From the NCBI GenBank assembly GCA_049969675.1, contig JBMFOP010000009.1, positions 1 to 43,587 of the forward strand: 43,587 nucleotides of DNA, in the 5' to 3' direction. Below, one piece after another: positions 1-8,963 of the stretch. Made by a program: the position numbers and the translations under genes. The number at the start of each line of letters is the position of its first letter. Within the stretch, counting starts at the first letter, position 1. The notes below the pieces were generated by a model, which was not told where the DNA came from, did not search any database, and saw nothing but the letters and a program-made list of their open reading frames with translations. The stretch is from Myxococcota bacterium (lineage in GTDB: Bacteria; Myxococcota; SpSt-1050).

Positions 1-81
1 TTCCATTGGTCAGAGGCGAGTGCATTATTTGTGCTGAAAATTAGAGGTGGATATTTCTATAACAGATTTGATGTTTATTGA
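1..81 (+). mobile_element. Possible C-terminal remnant of an ISKra4/ISLre2-type transposase (window edge)
   Basis: Frame 1 reads FHWSEASALFVLKIRGGYFYNRFDVY*, resembling the W-S-x-x-G-A-x-x-x-L-x-L-R...F-D-x-Y-W C-terminal motif of these transposases. Very short match. Confidence 0.35.
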
Positions 82-262
82 AAGATGAAGGATATACCTT
101 TTGGAGATTGAAGGTAAAGCAGAAGATTTATGAGATGTGAAGAATTTAAGAAAAAAGGATTGCCAAAAATATAATTTCAGGTATATTTTATAAATAGTTT
201 ATTGAGGCAAATTTGAGTATATATTCAATAGGTCAACTATTTGTTACGCTACAAAATATTTA

Positions 263-610
263 ATGGATAGAAGTGGAGTTATTTTTATTAGTATTGATGA
301 TCATGAGCAAAGCAAGCTTACATCTTTACTCATTGAAATTTTTGGAGAAGAAAATTTTGTTAATCAAATCATTTGGCAAAAGAAATATTCACCTCAAAAT
401 GATGCCAAATGGCTTTCTGGCAATCATGATCTTATAACTTGCGTTGCGAAAAATAAGGAACTTTGGAGGCAAACACTTTTAGAAAGAACCGAAGAACAGA
501 ATGCAAGATATCGGAATCCAGATAATGGTCCAAGGGGGCCGTGGAAGTCAAGCGGGCTTGATGTAAAAACCTATTCTTCTGAATTTATGTTCCTAATGAA
601 AATGCGTTAA
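263..610 (+). pseudogene. Internal fragment of an adenine DNA methyltransferase (type III R-M Mod-like)
   Basis: GVIFISIDDHE...EIFGEENFV..IIWQKK...Y.NPDN.PRGPW is typical of Mod subunits. It lacks the DPPY and FxGSG motifs, and similarity ends at about 582. Confidence 0.8.
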
Positions 611-636
611 AGAAAGTAAAAAAAATCTGTACTACT

Positions 637-1251
637 ATGCCCGTAATTCCTGAGCCCGAATTGTTCTTTCTCCCTTCTCGTAGAATTCCCCTTACAGGCA
701 ATCTTTCACTTGTTGAGGGCGATATGTTCTTTTCAAGAATGCAAACTCTTACAATCAGTGTTAATACAATTGGGGTTATGGGAAAAGGTCTTGCTTTAAG
801 AGCTAAATATCAGTTTCCTGATGTTTATGTGAAATATCAGGACCTATGTAAGGATAAGATTCTGCGGATGGGCAAACCTTATTTATACAAAAGAGAAGGG
901 TCTTTGGATTTTATATTAACTGATGAAGCAGAGAAATTAACCAATTTAAATTTACAGACCTGGTTTTTACTTTTCCCCACAAAAACTGATTGGAGAAAAA
1001 TAGCAGACCTAAAAGGCATAGAAGAAGGATTAAAATGGCTTGTTGCTCAATATAAAGCGGAAGGTATAAAATCATTGGCAATTCCTGCATTAGGTTGTGG
1101 TCTTGGATGGTTACCATGGGGGATAGTAGGACCTATACTTTGTACTTATCTTAGTCAGTTAGATATTCCAGTGAGTTTATACCTACCTATAGAAAGAAAG
1201 GTTCCAGAAGAACAATTGAAGCTAGACTTTCTTATTAGGAATCATCTATGA
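637..1251 (+). CDS. Macrodomain (DarG-like ADP-ribosylhydrolase) protein, probably the remnant of a DarT-macro fusion
   Basis: GDMF...VNTIGVMGKGLA...FPTK.DWR...SLAIPALGCGLG are macrodomain signatures. The frame stays open upstream to 583 with a DarT-like tail. Confidence 0.85.
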   Translation: MPVIPEPELFFLPSRRIPLTGNLSLVEGDMFFSRMQTLTISVNTIGVMGKGLALRAKYQFPDVYVKYQDLCKDKILRMGKPYLYKREGSLDFILTDEAEKLTNLNLQTWFLLFPTKTDWRKIADLKGIEEGLKWLVAQYKAEGIKSLAIPALGCGLGWLPWGIVGPILCTYLSQLDIPVSLYLPIERKVPEEQLKLDFLIRNHL

Positions 1252-1432
1252 ATCTTTATCTCCAAAACATCATAGACGATATTTCTTTTGAAAACTTGCC
1301 ACCAAAGTGGCAGTGATTTGACCTGCCTTATGGAGGTCGCTCACAGACAGGCGCGCAGACAGGTTTTGCCTGGTTTTCAAAGGACGGGACACTTTTTAAT
1401 TTTGATTGGCTTTATCTTCTCTTTAGAATTTA

Positions 1433-2626
1433 TTAGCAACCACCCAGAGTTCGCTTCTGCTTCTTCTTGACAGGTCCCTGAGATTTATTTTTCTTTATTA
1501 ACTCCAAAATCTCAGCCTTTGCCCTAATTCTAAATCTATTTTTGAAATTCTCATCCAGTGTCTTTGGTTCTGAAAGAGGCTGATAGTTGATTATTTCATC
1601 TCTAAATGCCCTGAGTCCACCTTTTAAAATTTTGATACGCTTATACCCCATCTTAAGGGCAATGACTGCCATCTTCCTCTCAGTAAGTTCGTCCTCCGCT
1701 ACAAATACATTCTCCATACCTTTATATCTTAAAAACTGCGCCGGCTCTTTTTCAAATAAATTATCCACAGTAAAGAGAGTGGACCTGGGCAGACTCCATT
1801 CATTAAACTCCTTCTCCTTTCTAAAATCTATAATCTGAATCCTGCCATCATACTTATCCATAAGTCTAAACGCAAGTTCATCCACAGCCATCTCTTCAAC
1901 TGGATAATTCTTTACAAAGTTTTCGTCATTTGCAACTTTTAACAGTGTTGTCCTCTTCTCTGTAAATGAGATAGTTAATAAGAGGAGAACTATCCCGGTC
2001 GCTGTAATTATAAGATTTGTCTGATTCAGATTAATAAACTTCATCTCCTGCCTATTTACCTTCTTCTCTATGAGAGTAACGGCATAAAAAGCCATCAGTG
2101 CAACAGCAGTAATTAAAAAGGCAAATAGATTTGGAGAGATGCCAAGTGTATCTGATATCCTTGGACTTCCAAGATATGATGCCTTATAGAGCGATTCAAA
2201 GAGAGGATAACCTTCAGCAAAGATAAAAACGCCGATAAAAGCACCACCCACAAAGATCATTGCATCTATCTTCCCAATTGCAGCCGCACAGACGCTCGTT
2301 CCGGGGCAGAAACCTCCGAGTACAAAACCCAATCCCATAATCAGACCACCAACTATTGCAGACCAGATGAATGTGGGATTGATATATATTAGATTTATAT
2401 CCAGAAGTCCAAAGTGCAAAAGTCCCAGAACACCTATCATTGCCACCACACCAGCAGTAAAAAATACCCTTAAGACTGTAAAATCATATCCATAAAAGAG
2501 TCCAACAAGCTTTTTGGATGTAGAAAATCCAGCCTGCTCAAGTATCATTCCAAATAAAATTCCAATGATAAGTGCAACAATATAATTGAGATTTGGACTG
2601 ATAATATCAGGAACTAGTGGTCCCAT
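1433..2626 (-). CDS. YeeE/YedE sulfur-compound transporter fused to a rhodanese-like domain
   Basis: N-terminal TM region with GFCPGT motif; C-terminal IIDFR...LKGG rhodanese fold; ends in GGC. Confidence 0.85.
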   Translation of the reverse strand: MGPLVPDIISPNLNYIVALIIGILFGMILEQAGFSTSKKLVGLFYGYDFTVLRVFFTAGVVAMIGVLGLLHFGLLDINLIYINPTFIWSAIVGGLIMGLGFVLGGFCPGTSVCAAAIGKIDAMIFVGGAFIGVFIFAEGYPLFESLYKASYLGSPRISDTLGISPNLFAFLITAVALMAFYAVTLIEKKVNRQEMKFINLNQTNLIITATGIVLLLLTISFTEKRTTLLKVANDENFVKNYPVEEMAVDELAFRLMDKYDGRIQIIDFRKEKEFNEWSLPRSTLFTVDNLFEKEPAQFLRYKGMENVFVAEDELTERKMAVIALKMGYKRIKILKGGLRAFRDEIINYQPLSEPKTLDENFKNRFRIRAKAEILELIKKNKSQGPVKKKQKRTLGGC

Positions 2627-2638
2627 TATACAACTCCT

Positions 2639-3157
2639 TTAAAGCCAGAATTTTCTGAAAAAGTAGGCAAATCCGTATGCCCCACCAAAAATAGAAACCA
2701 TTACTAAAAGCCCACCGGTTGACATCACTGCCATACCGGAGAGTGCGGCTCCGCTCGTACAGCCTCGTCCAAGTTGAGAACCTATCCCCCACAAAATCCC
2801 TCCAATCAAAGCACCCCATACCCTCATTCTGGTTGTGGCATTAGGACCCTTCTCAAATTTTAGGTCTAATCTATTGGATATCAAGCCAGAAATGAAGGCA
2901 CCTATCAATACACCAACTACCTCAAAGACCAGCCAGTTCATAAGTGGACTTTGGCCTTCATGCTCTTTTGAATATTCCTGATAAAACTTTGTATTTGATG
3001 TATGTGAAGGTGCAATACTCTCAATAGCCGCAACTGTAAAGCTCTTAATCGCCCCACTCGCCCCGAGTCCTCTCCCTGTAATATAGATTGTGGCTACGAG
3101 AAGTAATCCTAACAATAATCCTGCAAGATAAGGATTCATATAATTTTTCTCTTCCAT
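2639..3157 (-). CDS. YeeE/YedE thiosulfate transporter family protein
   Basis: NPYLAG..LG, GLGASG and RGCTSG motifs; start placed at the ATG at 3157 after GAGGTG. Confidence 0.88.
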   Translation of the reverse strand: MEEKNYMNPYLAGLLLGLLLVATIYITGRGLGASGAIKSFTVAAIESIAPSHTSNTKFYQEYSKEHEGQSPLMNWLVFEVVGVLIGAFISGLISNRLDLKFEKGPNATTRMRVWGALIGGILWGIGSQLGRGCTSGAALSGMAVMSTGGLLVMVSIFGGAYGFAYFFRKFWL

Positions 3158-3158
3158 A

Positions 3159-3803
3159 TTACACCTCACTTCCTTTAGTTTCGCCCTCTTTATTATCCTC
3201 CTCTATCTCTTCGTATCCGGTGAGCATAGCCTTCAGATTTGAAGTAATCGTGGTGCCAGTTGTAATGAGATAGAGGTGCACAATAACAAATGCCACCATC
3301 AATAAGGCTGCTGCGGTATGAATAATTGCTATGACTTTAAGTGAACTGATATTAATTGCCTCAATACCATAACGGGTGGGGTACCTATAAAACATATAGA
3401 GGATTCCTGATATAACACTCGCGGGAATAAGAATAATTTTCAATCCAAAGTAGGTCAATCTCTGAAGGGGATTGAGTTTACTGAGTAAAGTCTTTCGGGT
3501 CGGATGCGGGGCATTTCTAAAGATTCCAAAGAGATAGTAGTCAAGCTGTGCCCTTATATTCTTCAAAGTTGGGATATATTGCTTGTATTCTCCAGTAGTA
3601 AAATGCCAGAATATTGCAAATATGGTTAGTGCAAGGAAGAGATATGCCGCTATATTATGATAGGTAACAGCCTCTTTAAATCCAAGAAAAGAGTATGTCC
3701 CGTGAATCTCAAAACCAGTAAATATCAGAAAGAATATCAGGAGTGCCTGCATCCAGTGCCAGAACCTTTCAAAGCCTTTATATATAAGAACATACTTCTT
3801 CAT
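3159..3803 (-). CDS. Cytochrome b subunit (PhsC/FdnI-like)
   Basis: FERFWHW, NPLQRLTY and H...HLY heme ligands, 4 TM segments. The ATG at 3803 overlaps the otr stop (ATGA). Confidence 0.88.
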   Translation of the reverse strand: MKKYVLIYKGFERFWHWMQALLIFFLIFTGFEIHGTYSFLGFKEAVTYHNIAAYLFLALTIFAIFWHFTTGEYKQYIPTLKNIRAQLDYYLFGIFRNAPHPTRKTLLSKLNPLQRLTYFGLKIILIPASVISGILYMFYRYPTRYGIEAINISSLKVIAIIHTAAALLMVAFVIVHLYLITTGTTITSNLKAMLTGYEEIEEDNKEGETKGSEV

Positions 3804-5374
3804 CTCACTCTCCTCCTGTAGTAATTGGAGACTATTCTTCCGCCACCGTGGAGAATTACGCCAAAGAGTGCAAGGAATATCAATATAGTTCCTCCGGTAT
3901 CTACGAGTGGCACATAGTCTCTTCCGGGTATATAAAAATCTTTGAGATTTGCTATCCTTGAACCATTTCTTGTATGACACTCCTTACAGCTGACAGATTT
4001 ATCTTTTGTAGAGACCATATGATTTACTGGCCAGTACATCTTTGTCTCTATAAAATCCACTTTCCCACTGAATGGTAATCCATTCTCCTTCATACCAATC
4101 TCTGACGCCTTTACCCAATCAAAATCTTTCCAGAAGGCACCAGCCCCTTTATCCTCGGCATATAGTTTTGGCATAATCAGGAGATTTGTCTCCGGGTCGT
4201 AAGGCTGTCTTGCTGTGTGAATCTTAACTGGAATAATCTTTGAATTTTCATCATTATAAGAACCGAGTAGTGGATTGAGTACAAGTGGAGACTTTGGATC
4301 CTTAATCTTATCTCCCAATAAATAATGTGTTGCAGTTCCATTAAACCAGATATAATCAGGCTTCAGATTCTTTCCCCAGACAAATGAGCCCTTGATTGAC
4401 ATATATATATGATTCCCATCTGCATCCTCCTCAGTGTATGGCTCGCCATCTTTTAATTTACCAGCAGTTGACCAGTCCCAATAAATCTTTGTAGAATTTA
4501 CCTTTGCATATACCGGGATGTGACAGGCCTGGCAGGATACTTTCAGGCTATGTTCATTTATAACATCCTCCTTGTGTGGCATTGATGAGTGACAGTCCTC
4601 ACAGCTTACTCGCTCTCTATTCATAGAACATATTGAATAGAGCTTCCCAAATATATTGTGCTCCTTTGTCTTATGACAATCAACACATTGTAGATTTACA
4701 CCATCTGTCCCCATATGCACATCCACATCACGACTCGGTTCAAACTGTGCCATCTCAAGGTCTCCATGTTTAACATTATTTCCACCGCCACCATAGAAAT
4801 GACAGACCCCACAGGTGCTCCTTTTCGGTCTACCAATATTTTGTGAAATATTCTTAAAATCAAGCGTCTTAACCGGCTCTCCACCCTTTTCCGGAGCTTT
4901 CATATAAGTCTCCGTATTATCGTGACAGACCATACAATCTATATTTGTGGGATCAGTAAAGATATTACCATTATTATCAAGCCCAAGTCCAACGTGGCAT
5001 TTGGCACAACTCTTCTCATTACCATGGGATGCAATACAGTAGTTGTTGATGGCGTTCTTCTTTCCGATGAAAACAATTCCACGACCTTTCATATATCCTG
5101 AACGTTCCCAGTTGTAATGATTTGAATTCATAATCTCCTGAGCAGTAAGATTATGACATCTCTCGCAGGCTTTAGTAACATCCCTTGCCTCTGAAAAATC
5201 TTTATTTAATTCCTCAAACTTGCTGTGGTCAGCCTTCTTCTTAAATTCTCTTCTTGCATATTTCTCTTTGAGTTTTATTATCTCTGGCTTTTCAATATCA
5301 TTACTCTTGAGTATCCCATACACAATTGCAAGGAAGAGCCCAAATGCTGTAAGTGATAAGAGAATATTTCTCAT
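3800..5374 (-). CDS. otr: Octaheme c-type cytochrome, tetrathionate reductase (OTR) family
   Basis: Eight CxxCH motifs (CERCH, CAKCH, CMVCH, CGVCH, CVDCH, CEDCH, CQACH, CKECH), GKKNAINNYC and GGGGNNVKHGDL family motifs, N- and C-terminal membrane anchors. Confidence 0.92.
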   Translation of the reverse strand: MRNILLSLTAFGLFLAIVYGILKSNDIEKPEIIKLKEKYARREFKKKADHSKFEELNKDFSEARDVTKACERCHNLTAQEIMNSNHYNWERSGYMKGRGIVFIGKKNAINNYCIASHGNEKSCAKCHVGLGLDNNGNIFTDPTNIDCMVCHDNTETYMKAPEKGGEPVKTLDFKNISQNIGRPKRSTCGVCHFYGGGGNNVKHGDLEMAQFEPSRDVDVHMGTDGVNLQCVDCHKTKEHNIFGKLYSICSMNRERVSCEDCHSSMPHKEDVINEHSLKVSCQACHIPVYAKVNSTKIYWDWSTAGKLKDGEPYTEEDADGNHIYMSIKGSFVWGKNLKPDYIWFNGTATHYLLGDKIKDPKSPLVLNPLLGSYNDENSKIIPVKIHTARQPYDPETNLLIMPKLYAEDKGAGAFWKDFDWVKASEIGMKENGLPFSGKVDFIETKMYWPVNHMVSTKDKSVSCKECHTRNGSRIANLKDFYIPGRDYVPLVDTGGTILIFLALFGVILHGGGRIVSNYYRRRVR

Positions 5375-5403
5375 ATTTTATCTCCCAATTCAAGAAATGA
5401 TAT

Positions 5404-5715
5404 TTATATAACCTGTTCTTTGCATAATTCCTTTATCCCTTTTATGAGCTTAATTATTCTTCGGTTCTTAATAGAATAAAACACCTTATTTCCATCTTTG
5501 TTGCTTATAAGGATTCCATTATCTTCAAGTATCCTTAAATGTTGAGATATATTACCCATCGTAGTTCCAGTCATTTCCACAAGCTCTCCTACACTCTTTT
5601 CTCCATCAATCAATTTGCAGACAATCAGAAGCCTGATTGGTGAAGAAAGGGCATTAATAATCTTTGCCACTCTCTTCGCATCTTCTATCTCATCTAAACC
5701 ACTATCTCCAAACAT
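5404..5715 (-). CDS. ArsR/SmtB family transcriptional repressor (BigR/SqrR-like)
   Basis: P.RLLIVCKL...SVGEL...ISQHLRIL winged helix; Cys in helix 2 and near the C-terminus. Confidence 0.9.
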   Translation of the reverse strand: MFGDSGLDEIEDAKRVAKIINALSSPIRLLIVCKLIDGEKSVGELVEMTGTTMGNISQHLRILEDNGILISNKDGNKVFYSIKNRRIIKLIKGIKELCKEQVI

Positions 5716-5716
5716 A

Positions 5717-5752
5717 TTTAGCATTTTAGCAAATACTAAAACACTCTGTCAA
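5717..5752 (-). promoter_or_regulatory. Sigma70-type promoter with overlapping inverted-repeat operator for the ArsR-otr operon
   Basis: Minus-strand TTGACA (5752-5747), 18-bp spacer, extended TG-C-TAAAAT (-10 at 5728-5723). Palindrome TTTAGCATTT-TAGC-AAATACTAAA at 5717-5740 (9/10). Confidence 0.7.
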
Positions 5753-6154
5753 CAAATAAAATTAAAAATTTTAATTCTACAAAGCTCAATGCAGATTTTA
5801 ATTCACAGCCATCAATTAACTTTAAACTGGCAAAGGATATCGTCCTCTTAAATACTGAGGCAAAACTAACTCTGAAGACTGATGAAGCTTTTAGACTCTA
5901 CATAGAAATTCCCTATATTGTTGATACCTTTGAAAATGGTTTTTGGGGAAGACACACAGATATGAAACAGATATAGGTACCAATTTTGTATTTGGTGGAG
6001 AGTTTGTAATAAAAGATAGAGTAACCATCTCTACTGGATTTATGGGCGATTTGTTTGAGATAGGAGAGCAGAATCTCATCCATAAAGATGGTGGAGACGG
6101 TTGTGGGATGGAAATCTCCCTTAAGATTAGGTATTGTTTTCTAATTGATATTAT

Positions 6155-6182
6155 TTGACACACCCCTTTTTGCAGGTATTAT
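6155..6182 (+). promoter_or_regulatory. Putative sigma70 promoter of the EamA gene
   Basis: TTGACA-16 bp-TATTAT, about 35 bp upstream of the ATG at 6217. Confidence 0.5.
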
Positions 6183-6216
6183 CACGCTGTATTACCAGAG
6201 GAGATAGCAATCCATT

Positions 6217-7089
6217 ATGAGTTCAGGTGTCTTACTCGGTATTCTCACAGCACTATTGACAAGTGGAGCAGATGCCCTCTCCAAGAAGGCATCAACAAAG
6301 GAATCTGCCTATGTAGTCTCTATGTCCAGATGGCTATTTGCCCTTCCGGTTCTACTAATACTAAATTACAAATCAATTGTATTACCAGAAGTAAATCTGG
6401 AGGCGATATTCTACTTAATACTTGTTGCCCCTCTTGAACTGATTGCGATGATTCTTTATATAAAGGCAATATCCCGCTACGAACTATCCCTGGTAGTACC
6501 ACTTCTCTCTCTAACACCGTTATTGCTACTGATTACCGGTTATATCTTCCTTGGGGAGAAGGTAAGTATATACGGCATTCTTGGTGTCTTTCTGATTGTC
6601 GCAGGTATATATTTAATGAATGTTGAAAGATACAAAGATGGAATCCTTGAGCCATTTGAGAATATATTGAGGAACCGTGGGGCTGTTTATGTAATTATCG
6701 TTGCCCTGATTTACACAATTACTTCTACGATTGGCAAGAGGATAGTGTCACTTGTAGGACCTTCATTTATGAGTTTCTGGTATCTTGCATCCCTTACAAT
6801 AGTCCTCTCCATCTTCATCATCATAAAAGGTGAATCAGTCTTACCCTCACTCAAAAATAATTTTTTTCTCAATATAGCCATAGGGACATTCGTCGGTCTT
6901 GCCGCATATACCCTCTTCTCTTCTTATGAACTCATTCCAGTCTCTTATGCTATCGCCCTGAAGAGGACCGCTATTCTATTCTCAGTATTGTGGGGTAGAA
7001 TCTTCTTTAATGAATCAGACTTTGGAAAGAGGGTCTTCGGGAGTCTGATAGTGCTTCTGGGTGTTATTCTTATCGTTGTAATGGCTTAA
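6217..7089 (+). CDS. EamA/DMT family transporter
   Basis: About 10 hydrophobic segments in two repeats; FLGEK and YAIALKRT motifs. Confidence 0.88.
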   Translation: MSSGVLLGILTALLTSGADALSKKASTKESAYVVSMSRWLFALPVLLILNYKSIVLPEVNLEAIFYLILVAPLELIAMILYIKAISRYELSLVVPLLSLTPLLLLITGYIFLGEKVSIYGILGVFLIVAGIYLMNVERYKDGILEPFENILRNRGAVYVIIVALIYTITSTIGKRIVSLVGPSFMSFWYLASLTIVLSIFIIIKGESVLPSLKNNFFLNIAIGTFVGLAAYTLFSSYELIPVSYAIALKRTAILFSVLWGRIFFNESDFGKRVFGSLIVLLGVILIVVMA

Positions 7090-7906
7090 ATCTCCTGTGA
7101 ATCCATAGCCATTGGTCTGGATATCTTCTTATAAACTCCTCAAGAATCAGATTCATACGGTCCATTGAATCTCTAATCCCCTTTTCAGAATCATCCTTTG
7201 GTCTCTCCGCCTCATAGGCTATTACCTCAAAATTCTTCTCTTTGACTCTCCTTATAAATACTGGAATTATTGGAAGTCCTGTCCTGATAGAGAGTATCTG
7301 CGGTGCAAATGTGGTATTGACTTCCTGATTGAAGAAAACTGCTGGCCTTCCATGTCGGGGTGGCATATTCTGGTCTATGGCTATACCGAGGAATCCGCCT
7401 CCTCTTAAAAATCTACACATCCCGGCAATTGAACTATTCTGATAAAAGACCACCTCTCCTCTTGAATCTCTAATATTCTCAAGGAATTTCATAATTGGTG
7501 AAAAAGAACTCCTTCGTGAGATCAAACCAAGTCTCAGATTCTTAAGCCCTGCTGCCCTCTCAAGAACATCCCAATTACCTGTATGTGCCGTCACCACTAT
7601 TGCACCACTTTGAATATGGCTTTCTATCTGCTCAAAATTCTTAAAATCTATATTTACTCCTCTCTGAGAGATAAACTCCAGAAAAGATGTAGTAATATTT
7701 ATCAATGAATTTAGTGCTATCTTCTTTGCCTCACTCTCAGAGACTTTCAATGACAGCATTATATTTTGAATAGCCACCCCCCTTCTTATCCTTATAATAT
7801 AAAACCAGAACAGGGCTAATAATTTTGCCAAAAAATAGAAGAATCTATCTGGAAGCTTTCTTAAAAAGAGACCTTTTATCTTAAAGAAGAGAATCAACAA
7901 TCTCAT
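7070..7906 (-). CDS. lpxL: Lipid A late acyltransferase (LpxL/HtrB family)
   Basis: AHTGNWD, DQ, FF and YPDQWLWIHRRFK motifs; adjacent to lpxK. Confidence 0.85.
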   Translation of the reverse strand: MRLLILFFKIKGLFLRKLPDRFFYFLAKLLALFWFYIIRIRRGVAIQNIMLSLKVSESEAKKIALNSLINITTSFLEFISQRGVNIDFKNFEQIESHIQSGAIVVTAHTGNWDVLERAAGLKNLRLGLISRRSSFSPIMKFLENIRDSRGEVVFYQNSSIAGMCRFLRGGGFLGIAIDQNMPPRHGRPAVFFNQEVNTTFAPQILSIRTGLPIIPVFIRRVKEKNFEVIAYEAERPKDDSEKGIRDSMDRMNLILEEFIRRYPDQWLWIHRRFKPLQR

Positions 7907-8963
7907 TTAGCGATTTATCTCCACTTATAATCTTAAGATTAACTCTGAGAATATAGAGATTTTCAATCTGACTCATAACGGTCGTATCTCTTAGATAGTC
8001 CTTTTCTGTGGTAATTACAAAATTCGCCTTCTCTCTCCTGATCTTATCTTTTATCTTATCTATGTCTGATGAGGTATATCTGTGGTGGTCCCCAAAAGAG
8101 AGGTGACTTACCGGATTTATCCCAGACATTTTGAGCATCTCTACAAATCTATTATCTCTACCAATTCCACAAAAGGATATAACCTTTGCATTTAATAGTT
8201 TTGAAATATCTGCCTGTTGCATATCTTTAAGACAGATAAGTGAATCTATGTTGAACATAGAATATATAAATTTGAGAGATTTATTTATACTTAAAAACTC
8301 CTTCTCTATCTCTTCTGTCCCGTTATACTCCTTATGAGATACGAACCAGATAATATCTGCATAGTTCAATGCATCTCTGGATTCTCGCAATGGCCCCGCT
8401 GGCAGACACTCTCCATTTCCGAATCTATCATAAAAATCCACCACCACTATTTTAAGATCAGAGGTAATTTTTAAATATTGAAATGCATCGTCCAGAATAC
8501 AGACATTTACGCCACCTTCAAAGATTGCCCTCTCAATCGCCTCTGCCTTATCTCTTGATGAATAGACGAGTGCATCCTTTGCCCTTACAAATAGCTCTAT
8601 TGCCTCATCTCCAGCCTCCGGCCCCTCATTATTGCCTGCCACCCTCTTTGGAGTTCTCCTCCTGTGTTGTAAAGAACCATATCCTGAATGTATTATTCCC
8701 ACTCTCAGCCCTTTTCTTAAGAATCTATCTGCCAGATTTATGACCACAGGGGTCTTCCCGGTCCCACCATAGGTCAGATTCCCCACTGTAATTGTGTAAC
8801 AGCCCACCTGCTTACTCTTTAATATTTTTTTAGAGTAGATGCCTCTTCTAATCTTTGTAATGCCATTATAGATATAAGAGATTGGTCTCAGGATATTACG
8901 CGCAATACCTTTATTCTCTCCACTAAAGTGAAACTCCTCAATCTTCTTCCTTATACGACTCAT
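7881..8963 (-). CDS. lpxK: Tetraacyldisaccharide 4'-kinase
   Basis: VGNLTYGGTGKTP, GDEA, LDDAFQ, LPAGPLRE, F.DHH.Y, TTEKD. Confidence 0.95.
   Translation of the reverse strand: MSRIRKKIEEFHFSGENKGIARNILRPISYIYNGITKIRRGIYSKKILKSKQVGCYTITVGNLTYGGTGKTPVVINLADRFLRKGLRVGIIHSGYGSLQHRRRTPKRVAGNNEGPEAGDEAIELFVRAKDALVYSSRDKAEAIERAIFEGGVNVCILDDAFQYLKITSDLKIVVVDFYDRFGNGECLPAGPLRESRDALNYADIIWFVSHKEYNGTEEIEKEFLSINKSLKFIYSMFNIDSLICLKDMQQADISKLLNAKVISFCGIGRDNRFVEMLKMSGINPVSHLSFGDHHRYTSSDIDKIKDKIRREKANFVITTEKDYLRDTTVMSQIENLYILRVNLKIISGDKSLNEIVDSLL

Noticed and set aside
1288..1470. 60-aa ORF
   Set aside because: Spans palindromic intergenic sequence and overlaps the YeeE end; likely spurious.
3804..3980. 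Extended start of cytochrome b
   Set aside because: Lies inside otr; the ATGA coupling at 3803 is more plausible.
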